From the NCBI GenBank assembly GCA_903861205.1, contig CAIOTC010000017.1, positions 1 to 42,525 on the forward strand: a stretch of DNA of 42,525 bases, given 5' to 3'. Numbering within the stretch: position 1 is the stretch's first letter; each line of letters starts with the position of its first letter. Positions 32,701 through 39,524 of the stretch are shown here, piece by piece. The notes under the pieces are model-generated. The model saw only the letters and a list, made by a program, of their open reading frames with translations, was not told where the DNA came from and did not search any database. The translations under genes were made by a program, and so were the position numbers. Source of the DNA: an uncultured bacterium (GTDB lineage Bacteria > Patescibacteriota > Minisyncoccia > Phycocordibacterales > DATDWN01).

Positions 32701-33056
32701 AGGAACTGCTCGGCCTGTACATTTCCGGCCATCCGCTGGACAGTTTCCGCCACAAATTGGAAGGTCGCGAAATGACTGTTAAAAAATTGAAGGAAACGGC
32801 CAAAGAAAAACAGATGGTCGTCCTCGGCGGAATCATCGAGGAAATCCGGCCAGTCATGACCAAAAAGGGCGACAAAATGATTTTTCTCAAAATGGCCGAC
32901 TTGTCCGACTCGATCGAAGCCGTCATTTTTCCGAAAACTTTTGAGGAGTTTCAAGACATTCTCGTGCCCGAAAGTTGTATCGTTGTCAAAGGCACTTTCT
33001 CCACGCGCAATGGCGGAATGTCGATCGTCGTCGACAAAGTCAAACAAATGGAATAA
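29751..33056 (+). CDS. dnaE: DNA polymerase III alpha subunit. Start moved to MSKFIHLHTHSHYS.
   Basis: The PHP domain (HLHTHSHYSLL), the polymerase core (PDIDMDY, YRPGPME, FGKAHAASY) and an OB fold are present. The size is 1101 aa, with two in-frame double hairpins. Confidence 0.95.
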   Translation: MSKFIHLHTHSHYSLLNALPKLDELVKTAKKMGMASLALTDNGNLYGAIEFYKECQKHEVKPIIGVDAYVAYRSRNDKQAGIDKERYRLVLLAENETGYKNLIQLVTISHLEGFYYKPRVDKEILEKYHEGLIAIAPSFSNDISQSLETMHVEQAMERLEWYKKVFNKKSNKGDPCGSGLQGSPLLDQSQTSGNFFIEITHHPEIKGHEEKMKKLLDFARQTNTPIVAAHDVYYMNPEDRAARETLMAVMNNGDISDKLDEKTDDFSFISPETAEKYFKNLPDALENTEKIAERCNLKLELGKWVFPNYILDSGLSYDEELRKEALAGFEKRGLSQTAEEMERMEYELKVIKDKGYSPYFLVVADLLRFSEENGIFTNIRGSVAGSLVTYLTGVTKVNPLVYKIPFERFLNPERPSAPDIDMDYADNRRDEVIDYARRKYGVNNVAQIGTFGTMAARGSVRDVTRAMGFAYSLGDSIAKLIPMGAQGFPMTIDRALKEVPELKELYKTQADVKKIIDMAKKIEGCARHISVHAAGVVISPTTLTDFVPLQYDTKGDNKIITQYDMHAVEDAGLLKFDFLGIRNLSILADAVHRVEAIEGKKIDIEQIPLDDKKTFDMLTRGETIGLFQLNGDGMTRWLKELKPTTIFDINAMVALYRPGPMECIPQYIERKHDPKKIKFLDPRMKTILDQSFGVITYQDDVLMCAIKLGGYSWLEADKLRKAMGKKIPAVMQAEKEKLLAGLLKNGMSPEKADELWKLIEPFAAYGFGKAHAASYGRVAYQTSYMKANFPAIYMSAVLTAESGDVEKVAEIIGECKRMKIPVLPPDINQSFGGFSVVKGKKRVPLLNPDEKGHPFSDSESDKIRFGLTTIKNFGEGIGASIIAERKANGEFKSLSDFLRRIKDKNLNKKSLESLIKAGAMDRFGERATLLYNLETLLAFNKEERAKETDQTSLFGLLSEPEKASEIHLEKAPVSNPADALLWEKELLGLYISGHPLDSFRHKLEGREMTVKKLKETAKEKQMVVLGGIIEEIRPVMTKKGDKMIFLKMADLSDSIEAVIFPKTFEEFQDILVPESCIVVKGTFSTRNGGMSIVVDKVKQME

Positions 33057-33060
33057 TGAC

Positions 33061-33219
33061 GCAAATCTCAATTTCGCATTCCTTTCCAGAGTAACCTCAA
33101 AAACTCCTGCGAGTTTTTGAGGCTGATCCTCGGCCAAAACTTGTCAAGATGGAATGCCTTGACAAGACCATGCTTTTGGCCTGCGGAGCCTCCGGAAAGG
33201 AATGCAAAATGAGATTTGC
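33061..33219. repeat. Family L element copy 6
   Basis: The outer arms are gcaaatctcaatttcgcattcctttccagag / ctccggaaaggaatgcaaaatgagatttgc. The core has tcctcggcc...cttgtcaag...cttgacaag...catgcttttggcctgcggagcctcc, parallel to copies 5 and 8. TAGTGGTGA follows. Confidence 0.8.
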
Positions 33220-33285
33220 TAGTGGTGATGGAAAAAATGCAGGATTAGGAATAAAATTAGACTATTAATAAATAATTATAAAATC

Positions 33286-33534
33286 ATGGATATAAAAAGT
33301 TTGGAGTCGGATATTAGACGAGAGCAACAAGATATTGAAAAGGAGGAAAGTAATTTAGAAAAAGAGAAAAGTGATTTGGAGAAAGCGAAGATGGAAGTTC
33401 AGAAAATTGAAGCAAAAATAAAAGAAATCGAAGCAAAAATTGCCAAAATGAAGGAGGAGATGAGCAAAAATAGTTCTGATTTGCAAAGACTGGCCAGTGC
33501 GACGGCAAGTTCAGCCGGTGATAAGAAAAAATAA
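33286..33534 (+). CDS. Hypothetical coiled-coil protein (82 aa, E/K-rich)
   Basis: Heptad-like EKEESNLEKEKSDLEKAKMEVQKIEAKIKEIEAKIAKMKEE is present. I recognised no family. Confidence 0.45.
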   Translation: MDIKSLESDIRREQQDIEKEESNLEKEKSDLEKAKMEVQKIEAKIKEIEAKIAKMKEEMSKNSSDLQRLASATASSAGDKKK

Positions 33535-33584
33535 TTCACGGCTTGAAATAAAATAGCTCCTGTGCTAGTGTTATGAGCATATGA

Positions 33585-33774
33585 CCCTGTAGTAGAAGTT
33601 GACATTGCGCCAAAGCGCTTAGAAAGATGTCAACTTCATTACAGGATACATCCCGTAGTGAAAATGGCATTAATTTCATTGACTACGCGGTTATTTAACA
33701 AAAATCGGTATTATTAATATTTAATTTTGAAATGACATATTGCTCGTAGAGCGATGCCATTTTCTACTAACAGG
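33585..33774 (+). repeat. Structured 190-nt repeat, family S copy 1 (directly upstream of rpsU)
   Basis: It is about 80% identical to 41422-41613. It contains four copies of a CYGTAGTRGAA motif arranged as two inverted pairs. Confidence 0.8.
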
Positions 33775-33783
33775 ATGATAAAA

Positions 33784-34032
33784 ATGGTAAATGCGGAGGT
33801 TGTTAGGACCGGAAATGAAAACAACGTAAACCTCATCAGAAGGTTCACCAAACGCGTCCAGGGATCGGGCGTTTTGCCTCGTGTCCGAAGCATCCGCTAC
33901 TCGTCTCGCAAGCAATCCGAGTACGTTAAAAAGAAAAAAACTCTCAAAGTTTTGAAACGCCGCGAAGAAGTCAACGAGCTCATCAAAATGGGAAAAATGG
34001 TGGAGAATACCAGGGGACCGAAGAAAAAATAA
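33784..34032 (+). CDS. rpsU: 30S ribosomal protein S21. The start is uncertain between 33775 and 33784.
   Basis: MVNAEVVRTGNENNVNLIRRFTKRVQGSGVLPRVRSIRYSSRKQSEYVKKKK fits the S21 pattern (ALRRFKR...G.l.e.R.R..Y.kPSe.rk). Confidence 0.8.
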   Translation: MVNAEVVRTGNENNVNLIRRFTKRVQGSGVLPRVRSIRYSSRKQSEYVKKKKTLKVLKRREEVNELIKMGKMVENTRGPKKK

Positions 34033-34136
34033 TTTTTCAAGTATCAATTTCCAATTTCCAATGAATTTCTCAATGAACCAATTGTCCAATTGAAGAATTG
34101 GAAAATTCATTGGAAATTGGAAATTGGAAATTTTTA
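34033..34136. repeat. Family W hairpin copy 3 (between rpsU and ybeY)
   Basis: The arms are caatttccaatttccaatgaattt / aaattcattggaaattggaaattgg. The centre is ctcaatgaaccaattgtccaattgaagaattgg. Confidence 0.8.
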
Positions 34137-34142
34137 GTAACT

Positions 34143-34523
34143 ATGAACAACATTTTCTCCATAACCAACACTACGCGAGGCGAAGTTCCTGGTGTTGATT
34201 TTTTGCCTATTAAGGACTCTGTACTGGGTAAAAAATACGAACTTTCACTGGTTTTTGTCGGCGATAAAAAATCACAAACGCTCAACAACAAATATCGAAA
34301 ATTTAACAAACCGACAAATTGTCTCAGTTTCTCGCTCGGCAAAAATTCCGGAGAAATTTTCATCAATTTGGGCAAGGCAAAAAAAGAAGCGCCGAGCTTT
34401 GGCATGAAATTCGAAAAGTTCATAATTTACTTGTTTATTCACAGTTGCTTGCATTTGAAAGGAATGGATCATGGGAGTATAATGGAGAAAGCAGAAGAAA
34501 AAATGCTAAAAATTTTCAAGTAA
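34143..34523 (+). CDS. ybeY: rRNA maturation endoribonuclease YbeY. Start moved to MNNIFS.
   Basis: TNCLSFSL and the metal-binding motif HSCLHLKGMDH are present. The size is 126 aa. Confidence 0.85.
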   Translation: MNNIFSITNTTRGEVPGVDFLPIKDSVLGKKYELSLVFVGDKKSQTLNNKYRKFNKPTNCLSFSLGKNSGEIFINLGKAKKEAPSFGMKFEKFIIYLFIHSCLHLKGMDHGSIMEKAEEKMLKIFK

Positions 34524-34620
34524 CAATTTCCAATTTCCAATAAATGAATCAATTTTTCAATTGAACAATTGGTTCATTGGAAAATTCATTGAAAATTGGA
34601 AATTGGTCATTGAAAATTTC
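34512..34620. repeat. Family W hairpin copy 4 (between ybeY and ftsA; approximately the reverse complement of copy 2)
   Basis: The sequence is aaattttcaagtaacaatttccaatttccaataaatgaatc...gattcattgaaaattggaaattggtcattgaaaattt. Its centre is the reverse complement of the copy 2 and 3 centres. Confidence 0.8.
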
Positions 34621-34628
34621 CCCTTCCC

Positions 34629-35807
34629 ATGCGCAACATCACCGTCGGCATCGACATAGGCACGTACCAAGTCAAAGTGGTCGTCGCTGAGCTCGTCAAA
34701 GAGAACGAGAAATTATCTCCCCGTATCATCGGGACCGGTTTTGCCGAGTCAAAAGGTTTGCGCCATGGCTACATCATCAACAGCAAGGACGTCACAGGGA
34801 GCATCAAAACGGCAGTTGAATTGGCCGAAAAAGCCTCCGGCGTCAGAATCCGCAAAGCTTTCGTGGCCATCGGCGGCATCGGCCTTCAGTCCGTCACCAG
34901 CACCGCCTCGGTCATGGTCAGCCGAGCCGATTTGGAAATCACCGATCTCGATATTAGTAAAGCGGCCCAGTTGTGCGAAGAAGATTTGCCGACGGCGCTC
35001 ATTCAAAACCGCCGCGTTCTGCACAGCATTCCCCTTTCGTATAAAATCGACGGCAAAGCTGTTTATGCCAAAACACCACTCGGCATGAAAGCCGGGCGTC
35101 TGGAAATTCGAATGCTTTTCATTACCTGTCTCGAGCCGCACCTGAACGACCTGATGCAAGCAGTCGAAGAAGCCGGCATCGAAATCATCGACGTCATGGC
35201 CTCTCCCATTGCCGCCAGTTTCGTCACTCTGACCAAATCGCAAAAAATCGCCGGTTGCGTCCTGGCCAACATCGGTGCCGAAACTATTTCGATCGTCGTT
35301 TTCGAAAACAACATTCCGATTTCGCTCGAAGTTTTCCAAATCGGCTCGACTGACATCACCAACGACATCGCTTTGGGTTTGAAAATTCCACTGGAAGAAG
35401 CGGAGAGTATGAAAATTGGCAGGCTTGGTTCAGGCTCGTTTTCCAAGAAAAAATTGGAGGAAATAATCCACGCCAGGCTCTCCGACATGTTCGAACTGAT
35501 CGAAAACCATTTGAAAAAAATCGGCCGAAGCGGACTTTTGCCCGCCGGGATTTTTCTGTCCGGCGGCGGAGGCAACATCGGCACGATCGAGGATTTTGCC
35601 AAAGTGGCGCTGAAGCTCCCTTCGCGCATCGCCTCGCTCAACTTGGCCGATCCGAAAGCTCGCATAAAAGACTCGACCTGGGCGGTGGCCTACGGCCTGT
35701 GCATGCTCGGTTTTTCCAAGGAAGATAAAAAAGAACTCGGAGTGAAAGTCAGTTTTAATGAGACGAAGGAGAAGATTTTAGGGTGGATAAAACAGTTTTT
35801 ACCGTAA
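34629..35807 (+). CDS. ftsA: Cell division protein FtsA
   Basis: The actin-fold start VGIDIGTYQVKVVVAE and the segment LSGGGGNIGTIEDFAK are present. The size is 392 aa, in a division cluster with ftsZ. Confidence 0.9.
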   Translation: MRNITVGIDIGTYQVKVVVAELVKENEKLSPRIIGTGFAESKGLRHGYIINSKDVTGSIKTAVELAEKASGVRIRKAFVAIGGIGLQSVTSTASVMVSRADLEITDLDISKAAQLCEEDLPTALIQNRRVLHSIPLSYKIDGKAVYAKTPLGMKAGRLEIRMLFITCLEPHLNDLMQAVEEAGIEIIDVMASPIAASFVTLTKSQKIAGCVLANIGAETISIVVFENNIPISLEVFQIGSTDITNDIALGLKIPLEEAESMKIGRLGSGSFSKKKLEEIIHARLSDMFELIENHLKKIGRSGLLPAGIFLSGGGGNIGTIEDFAKVALKLPSRIASLNLADPKARIKDSTWAVAYGLCMLGFSKEDKKELGVKVSFNETKEKILGWIKQFLP

Positions 35808-35811
35808 TCGT

Positions 35812-35950
35812 TTTGAACTAAAATTTCTTACGACCCAACACTTTTCCGTCGCCAGAATATTTTCCTGCTGGAAAATTTCTTCCTGCTCACCTCTTCACGG
35901 GCTCCGCAATGCGCCGTAAAAGTGTCGGCTCGACGAAATTTTAATTCAAA
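35812..35950. repeat. Family L element copy 7 (short form)
   Basis: The sequence tttgaactaaaatttcttacgacccaacactttt ... aaaagtgtcggctcgacgaaattttaattcaaa aligns with 8788-8910. Confidence 0.85.
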
Positions 35951-36021
35951 TCTGCATTAGTAAAAACAAAGAGATTGGAGATAGAAAAAGCCGGCTCCCA
36001 CACTTCGGGGCCGGCTCAACG

Positions 36022-36438
36022 TTAATTACTCCTGTGGCTTTTGATGAACTTTCCTAGGCGATAGTACGCCTGTCTTTGAATCTCTTTCACGCCGCAGAAT
36101 GTTAGAGACTCTTGTTTGGCGATCTGCCTCAGACGCAGGCCGTTGAAAAAACGTGCCTGAACAATCCTTCGTTGAAGTGGGGTCAGGATCTCCATCCCCA
36201 GCGAAATGAGCTCGACTTCCTCGTCAGTAAATCGGTATGAGGGCGAGGAAGAATCGGGCACTTCGAGTTGGGCCAGTTCGTGTTCCGGTAAAAGAAGAAA
36301 AGGTTCCCCTTCTTCTCCTTCTTCCATGTGAAGTACCATGGTTCCGGGCTCTTCCGCCAGGAGATCTTCAATCCTTTCGTTTGACAGGAAAGGAAATTGG
36401 TTTTCCGCAAGGGCAGCAGCAGATACCAACTTGTTCAT
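36022..36438 (-). CDS. Small acidic protein with a sigma-70 region-4-like HTH only (138 aa)
   Basis: LTPLQRRIVQARFFNGLRLRQIAKQESLTFCGVKEIQRQAYYRL resembles sigma region 4.2. No region 2 is present. The RBS AAAGGAGAG is upstream. GC content is higher than in the neighbouring genes. Confidence 0.55.
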   Translation of the reverse strand: MNKLVSAAALAENQFPFLSNERIEDLLAEEPGTMVLHMEEGEEGEPFLLLPEHELAQLEVPDSSSPSYRFTDEEVELISLGMEILTPLQRRIVQARFFNGLRLRQIAKQESLTFCGVKEIQRQAYYRLGKFIKSHRSN

Positions 36439-36725
36439 TCTCTACTCTCCTTTTGCATCAGCTCCTCAAGAAGCTGCTAGTACTTTTCCACCTTTTATTA
36501 AAGCACCTTTGGCATCTTCATGTCAACTTCATAATGTAATTTGTTATCCACACCTGTTTGGGGAGCAAAAATTGCTCAAAAACTGGAACATCAAAAATCA
36601 TATGGTCAATTGTTTGCTTATCTGTGGCTTTCTGATACAATATGGGTGATTTCCTGAACCTTGATTTTTCCATAAATCGGCAGTATCGAGGTATTTTGGA
36701 AATTTTTCTTTTTATTGTAATTAAA

Positions 36726-36772
36726 TTATTCGTAGCCATTCGTAATATTCGCATCATTCGTATATTCGTATG
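36726..36772 (+). repeat. Tandem ATTCGYAK array (5 units) 17 nt upstream of the ftsZ ATG
   Basis: The sequence reads attattcgtagcc-attcgtaat-attcgcatc-attcgtat-attcgtatgg. Compare 7301-7356. Confidence 0.75.
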
Positions 36773-36788
36773 GCTTTAGCCAAACACT

Positions 36789-37946
36789 ATGCCACAAATC
36801 AAACCAGAAGTAGAAGCATTCGCTCGGATCAAAGTTCTCGGCATCGGCGGTTCCGGAAAAAACGCGCTCAACCACATGATCAACTCGAAAGTTCGCGGAG
36901 TTGATTTCATTGCCGTCAATACCGACTCGCAGGATTTGCACAACTCGATGGCCAAGAGGAAAATTCATATCGGTAAAAACCTCACTCGCGGATTGGGCGC
37001 CGGAATGAATCCGGAACTCGGCAAACGGGCCATTGAAGAAACGAAAGAGGAAATTCAAGAAGCGGTCAAAGGATCCGACATGGTTTTTATCGCCGGCGGA
37101 CTTGGGGGCGGAACTTGCACGGGCGCAGCGCCGGTTGTGGCTCGCATTTCAAAAGAAATGGGCGCGCTAACCGTGGCTGTCGTGACCAAACCGTTTTTCT
37201 TTGAAGGCCAGCAAAGAATGAAAATCGCCGACGTCGGTCTTGACGAACTTCGCCAAGCGGTTGACGCCATCATCGTCATTCCAAACGACCGACTACTCTC
37301 AACCATCAGCAAAGAAACGACCGCTAAAAGCGCCTTTGCCATGTGCGACGACGTTTTGAAATCGGCTGTCGAAGGTATCTCCGACCTCATCACCACACCC
37401 GGCATCATCAACATCGACTTCGCCGATATCAAAGCCGTCATGGAAAACGCTGGACCGGCCCTGATGGGCATCGGCACGGCTACGGGTGAAAAACGCGCCG
37501 AGGAAGCGGCCAAATCGGCCATCAATTCCCCACTGCTCGAAGTTTCGATCAACGGCGCCAAAGGTGTACTGTTCTCGATTGCCGGCGGAGACGACCTGGG
37601 CATGTTCGAAATCCAGGACGCTGCCAAAATCATTACCGAGTCCGTCGATCCAAACGCCAAGATTATTTTCGGAACCGTTCGCGACGAAAAACTGAAAAAA
37701 GGCGAAGTTAAAATCACCGTCATCGCTTCCAACTTCCCGGAAAATTTCACCAAGAAAACGCTTTTCCAGGCGCAGGCCAGCAACGCACCAATTTCCGATC
37801 GCCGAGAGATGGAAGAGGAGAAGGGTAAAATCTACAACTCAATCCCCGTCTCATCACCAAGAATGGATGAAAAGATAGATGTCGTTGAAGAAGACGACGA
37901 ATGGGGAGCTGTCCCGGCGTTTTTGAGAAGGTCAAAAATTAAATAA
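36789..37946 (+). CDS. ftsZ: Cell division GTPase FtsZ
   Basis: GIGGSGKNA, the tubulin signature GGLGGGTCTGAAPV and NIDFADI are present. The size is 385 aa. Confidence 0.95.
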   Translation: MPQIKPEVEAFARIKVLGIGGSGKNALNHMINSKVRGVDFIAVNTDSQDLHNSMAKRKIHIGKNLTRGLGAGMNPELGKRAIEETKEEIQEAVKGSDMVFIAGGLGGGTCTGAAPVVARISKEMGALTVAVVTKPFFFEGQQRMKIADVGLDELRQAVDAIIVIPNDRLLSTISKETTAKSAFAMCDDVLKSAVEGISDLITTPGIINIDFADIKAVMENAGPALMGIGTATGEKRAEEAAKSAINSPLLEVSINGAKGVLFSIAGGDDLGMFEIQDAAKIITESVDPNAKIIFGTVRDEKLKKGEVKITVIASNFPENFTKKTLFQAQASNAPISDRREMEEEKGKIYNSIPVSSPRMDEKIDVVEEDDEWGAVPAFLRRSKIK

Positions 37947-37951
37947 TTTTC

Positions 37952-38184
37952 AAAAATTTCTTAAAACATTACCTTTTCGGAGACGAAAGCCCGTCCAGCG
38001 ACGGGCTTTCTCTGTCCTCGGCCTCGATTTGTCAATGAGCCCCTCTCCAGTTTTAAGGTCTGGCCTTGGGAAATTGGCTGTTTAAGGCCAGACCTTTGGA
38101 ATCCAAAACTGGGGAGGGGTCGTTGACAAAACCATGCTCGAGGCCTGCGGATGCTCCGAAAAGGTAATGTTTTAAGAAATTTTT
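37952..38184. repeat. Family L element copy 8 (long form) carrying a nested double hairpin at its apex (38047-38112)
   Basis: Perfect 24-nt outer arms are aaaaatttcttaaaacattacctt / aaggtaatgttttaagaaattttt. The core is collinear with the reverse complement of copy 5. TAGTGGTGA follows. Confidence 0.85.
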
Positions 38185-38243
38185 TAGTGGTGACTTTGTT
38201 GACAAAATTTCATCCGTGAGTAGACTGATTTTGGAGGAAAATT

Positions 38244-38411
38244 ATGTCAACTTTAGGAATAGTGTTGTCTTGCATTGGAGTATTTTTCCTGGTTGTTGCG
38301 GAAATGCAGTTAATAAAATACAACAGATCAAAAATTTCAATTTTGATTACCGGAATGGTTTTTTATGTTTCTGGTTTTGTTTTGATCTGGATTTACAAAA
38401 AACCACTTTGA
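38244..38411 (+). CDS. Small two-TM membrane protein (55 aa), below the ORF-track cut-off
   Basis: It reads MSTLGIVLSCIGVFFLVVAEMQLIKYNRSKISILITGMVFYVSGFVLIWIYKKPL*. The RBS GGAGGA is upstream and a terminator lies at 38428-38457. Confidence 0.5.
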   Translation: MSTLGIVLSCIGVFFLVVAEMQLIKYNRSKISILITGMVFYVSGFVLIWIYKKPL

Positions 38412-38427
38412 TTAATAATTTAGCAGT

Positions 38428-38457
38428 AGCGACACCATCAGTGTCGCTTTCTTTTTT
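38428..38457 (+). terminator. Intrinsic terminator
   Basis: The stem is agcgacac-catca-gtgtcgct followed by ttctttttt. Confidence 0.65.
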
Positions 38458-38496
38458 GTTTGAAATTGAAAATTTTTACTGTATAATGTGTAAACT

Positions 38497-39426
38497 ATGA
38501 ATCAATCTTTCGACTTAATCATTATCGGTGGCGGACCTGCTGGAGTGAGTGCGGGGGTTTATGCGGCGCGGAAGAGATTGAAAACTTTGCTGGTTACGGC
38601 GGATTTTGGAGGGCAATCGATCGTTTCGGACAGCATAGAAAACTGGATTGGCACGCCAAAAATTTCGGGCAAAGAGCTGGCCGAAAATTTGAAAAAACAC
38701 CTCCTTTCCTACGCCGGTGACATCGTCGAAATACACGAAGCAGAATTCGTCAGAGACATTGCCAAATCAGACGGCAATTTTTCCGTTACAACTGACAAGG
38801 GCGTTTACGAAACAAAATCAATTCTCGTCGCCACCGGTAGCGGCCGACGCAAACTGGAAATTCCCGGCGCCAGCGAGTTCGACAACAAAGGTGTCACCTA
38901 TTGCGCTTCGTGCGACGGTCCGCTTTTTGCGGGACAGGACGTGGTAGTTATCGGTGGAGGCAATGCCGCTCTCGAGTCGGCCGCCCAGCTTTTGGCATAT
39001 TGCAAATCAGTTACTTTGCTCAATCGCTCAGAAAAATTGAAAGGCGATGAAATTACCATCGAAAAACTTTTGCAAAATCCGAAATTCAAAATTATTAAAA
39101 ACGCCGCGCCGACCGAGATCAGGGGCGATAAGTTCGTTACCGGCATTGTTTATGAGGACACTTTGACCGGAGAAAAACACGAAATCGCCGCGCCGGGAAT
39201 TTTCGTCGAGATCGGCCTAGTGCCAGCCACCATGTTCGCCAAAAATATTTTAGAGCTCAACAAAATCGGCCAAATCCCCGTCGATCCGAAAAATCAACAA
39301 ACCGCCGTCCCCGGAATTTGGGCTGCCGGAGACTGCACCGACGCTCTCTATCACCAAAACAACATCGCCTCCGGCGACGCCGTGCGAGCTCTTGAGGACA
39401 TCTACTTGTGGCTGAAAACGAAGTAA
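38497..39426 (+). CDS. trxB: Thioredoxin-disulfide reductase
   Basis: FAD motif IIIGGGPAGVSAG, redox-active CASCDG, NADPH motif VIGGGNAALE and GIWAAGDC are present. The size is 309 aa. Confidence 0.9.
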   Translation: MNQSFDLIIIGGGPAGVSAGVYAARKRLKTLLVTADFGGQSIVSDSIENWIGTPKISGKELAENLKKHLLSYAGDIVEIHEAEFVRDIAKSDGNFSVTTDKGVYETKSILVATGSGRRKLEIPGASEFDNKGVTYCASCDGPLFAGQDVVVIGGGNAALESAAQLLAYCKSVTLLNRSEKLKGDEITIEKLLQNPKFKIIKNAAPTEIRGDKFVTGIVYEDTLTGEKHEIAAPGIFVEIGLVPATMFAKNILELNKIGQIPVDPKNQQTAVPGIWAAGDCTDALYHQNNIASGDAVRALEDIYLWLKTK

Positions 39427-39510
39427 ATCCTCCGCCCTGCGGGCACCTCCTTTAGGAAAGGAGGATTAAATCTCCCTTTTTTAAAGGGAGTGGCCGAAGG
39501 CCGAGGGATT
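39426..39510. repeat. Gene-less pair of family-U units (forward then reverse, directly abutting)
   Basis: The sequence is aatcctccgccctgcgggcacctcctttaggaaaggaggatt-a-aatctcccttttttaaagggagtggccgaaggccgagggatt. It starts on the trxB stop codon. Confidence 0.8.
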
Positions 39511-39524
39511 TATTTTTACATTCT

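Noticed and set aside
36518-36757. A 79-aa ORF upstream of the sigma-region-4 gene.
   Set aside because: Its start lies inside the ATTCGYAK array, there is no RBS, and the composition is basic and low-complexity. It could be real as a shorter 51-aa ORF, but there is no support.
21468-39510. Possible CRISPR array formed by the recurring 42-nt hairpin units.
   Set aside because: The units are dispersed at three loci as single pairs in alternating orientation. They are not regularly spaced direct repeats with unique spacers, and no cas genes are present.
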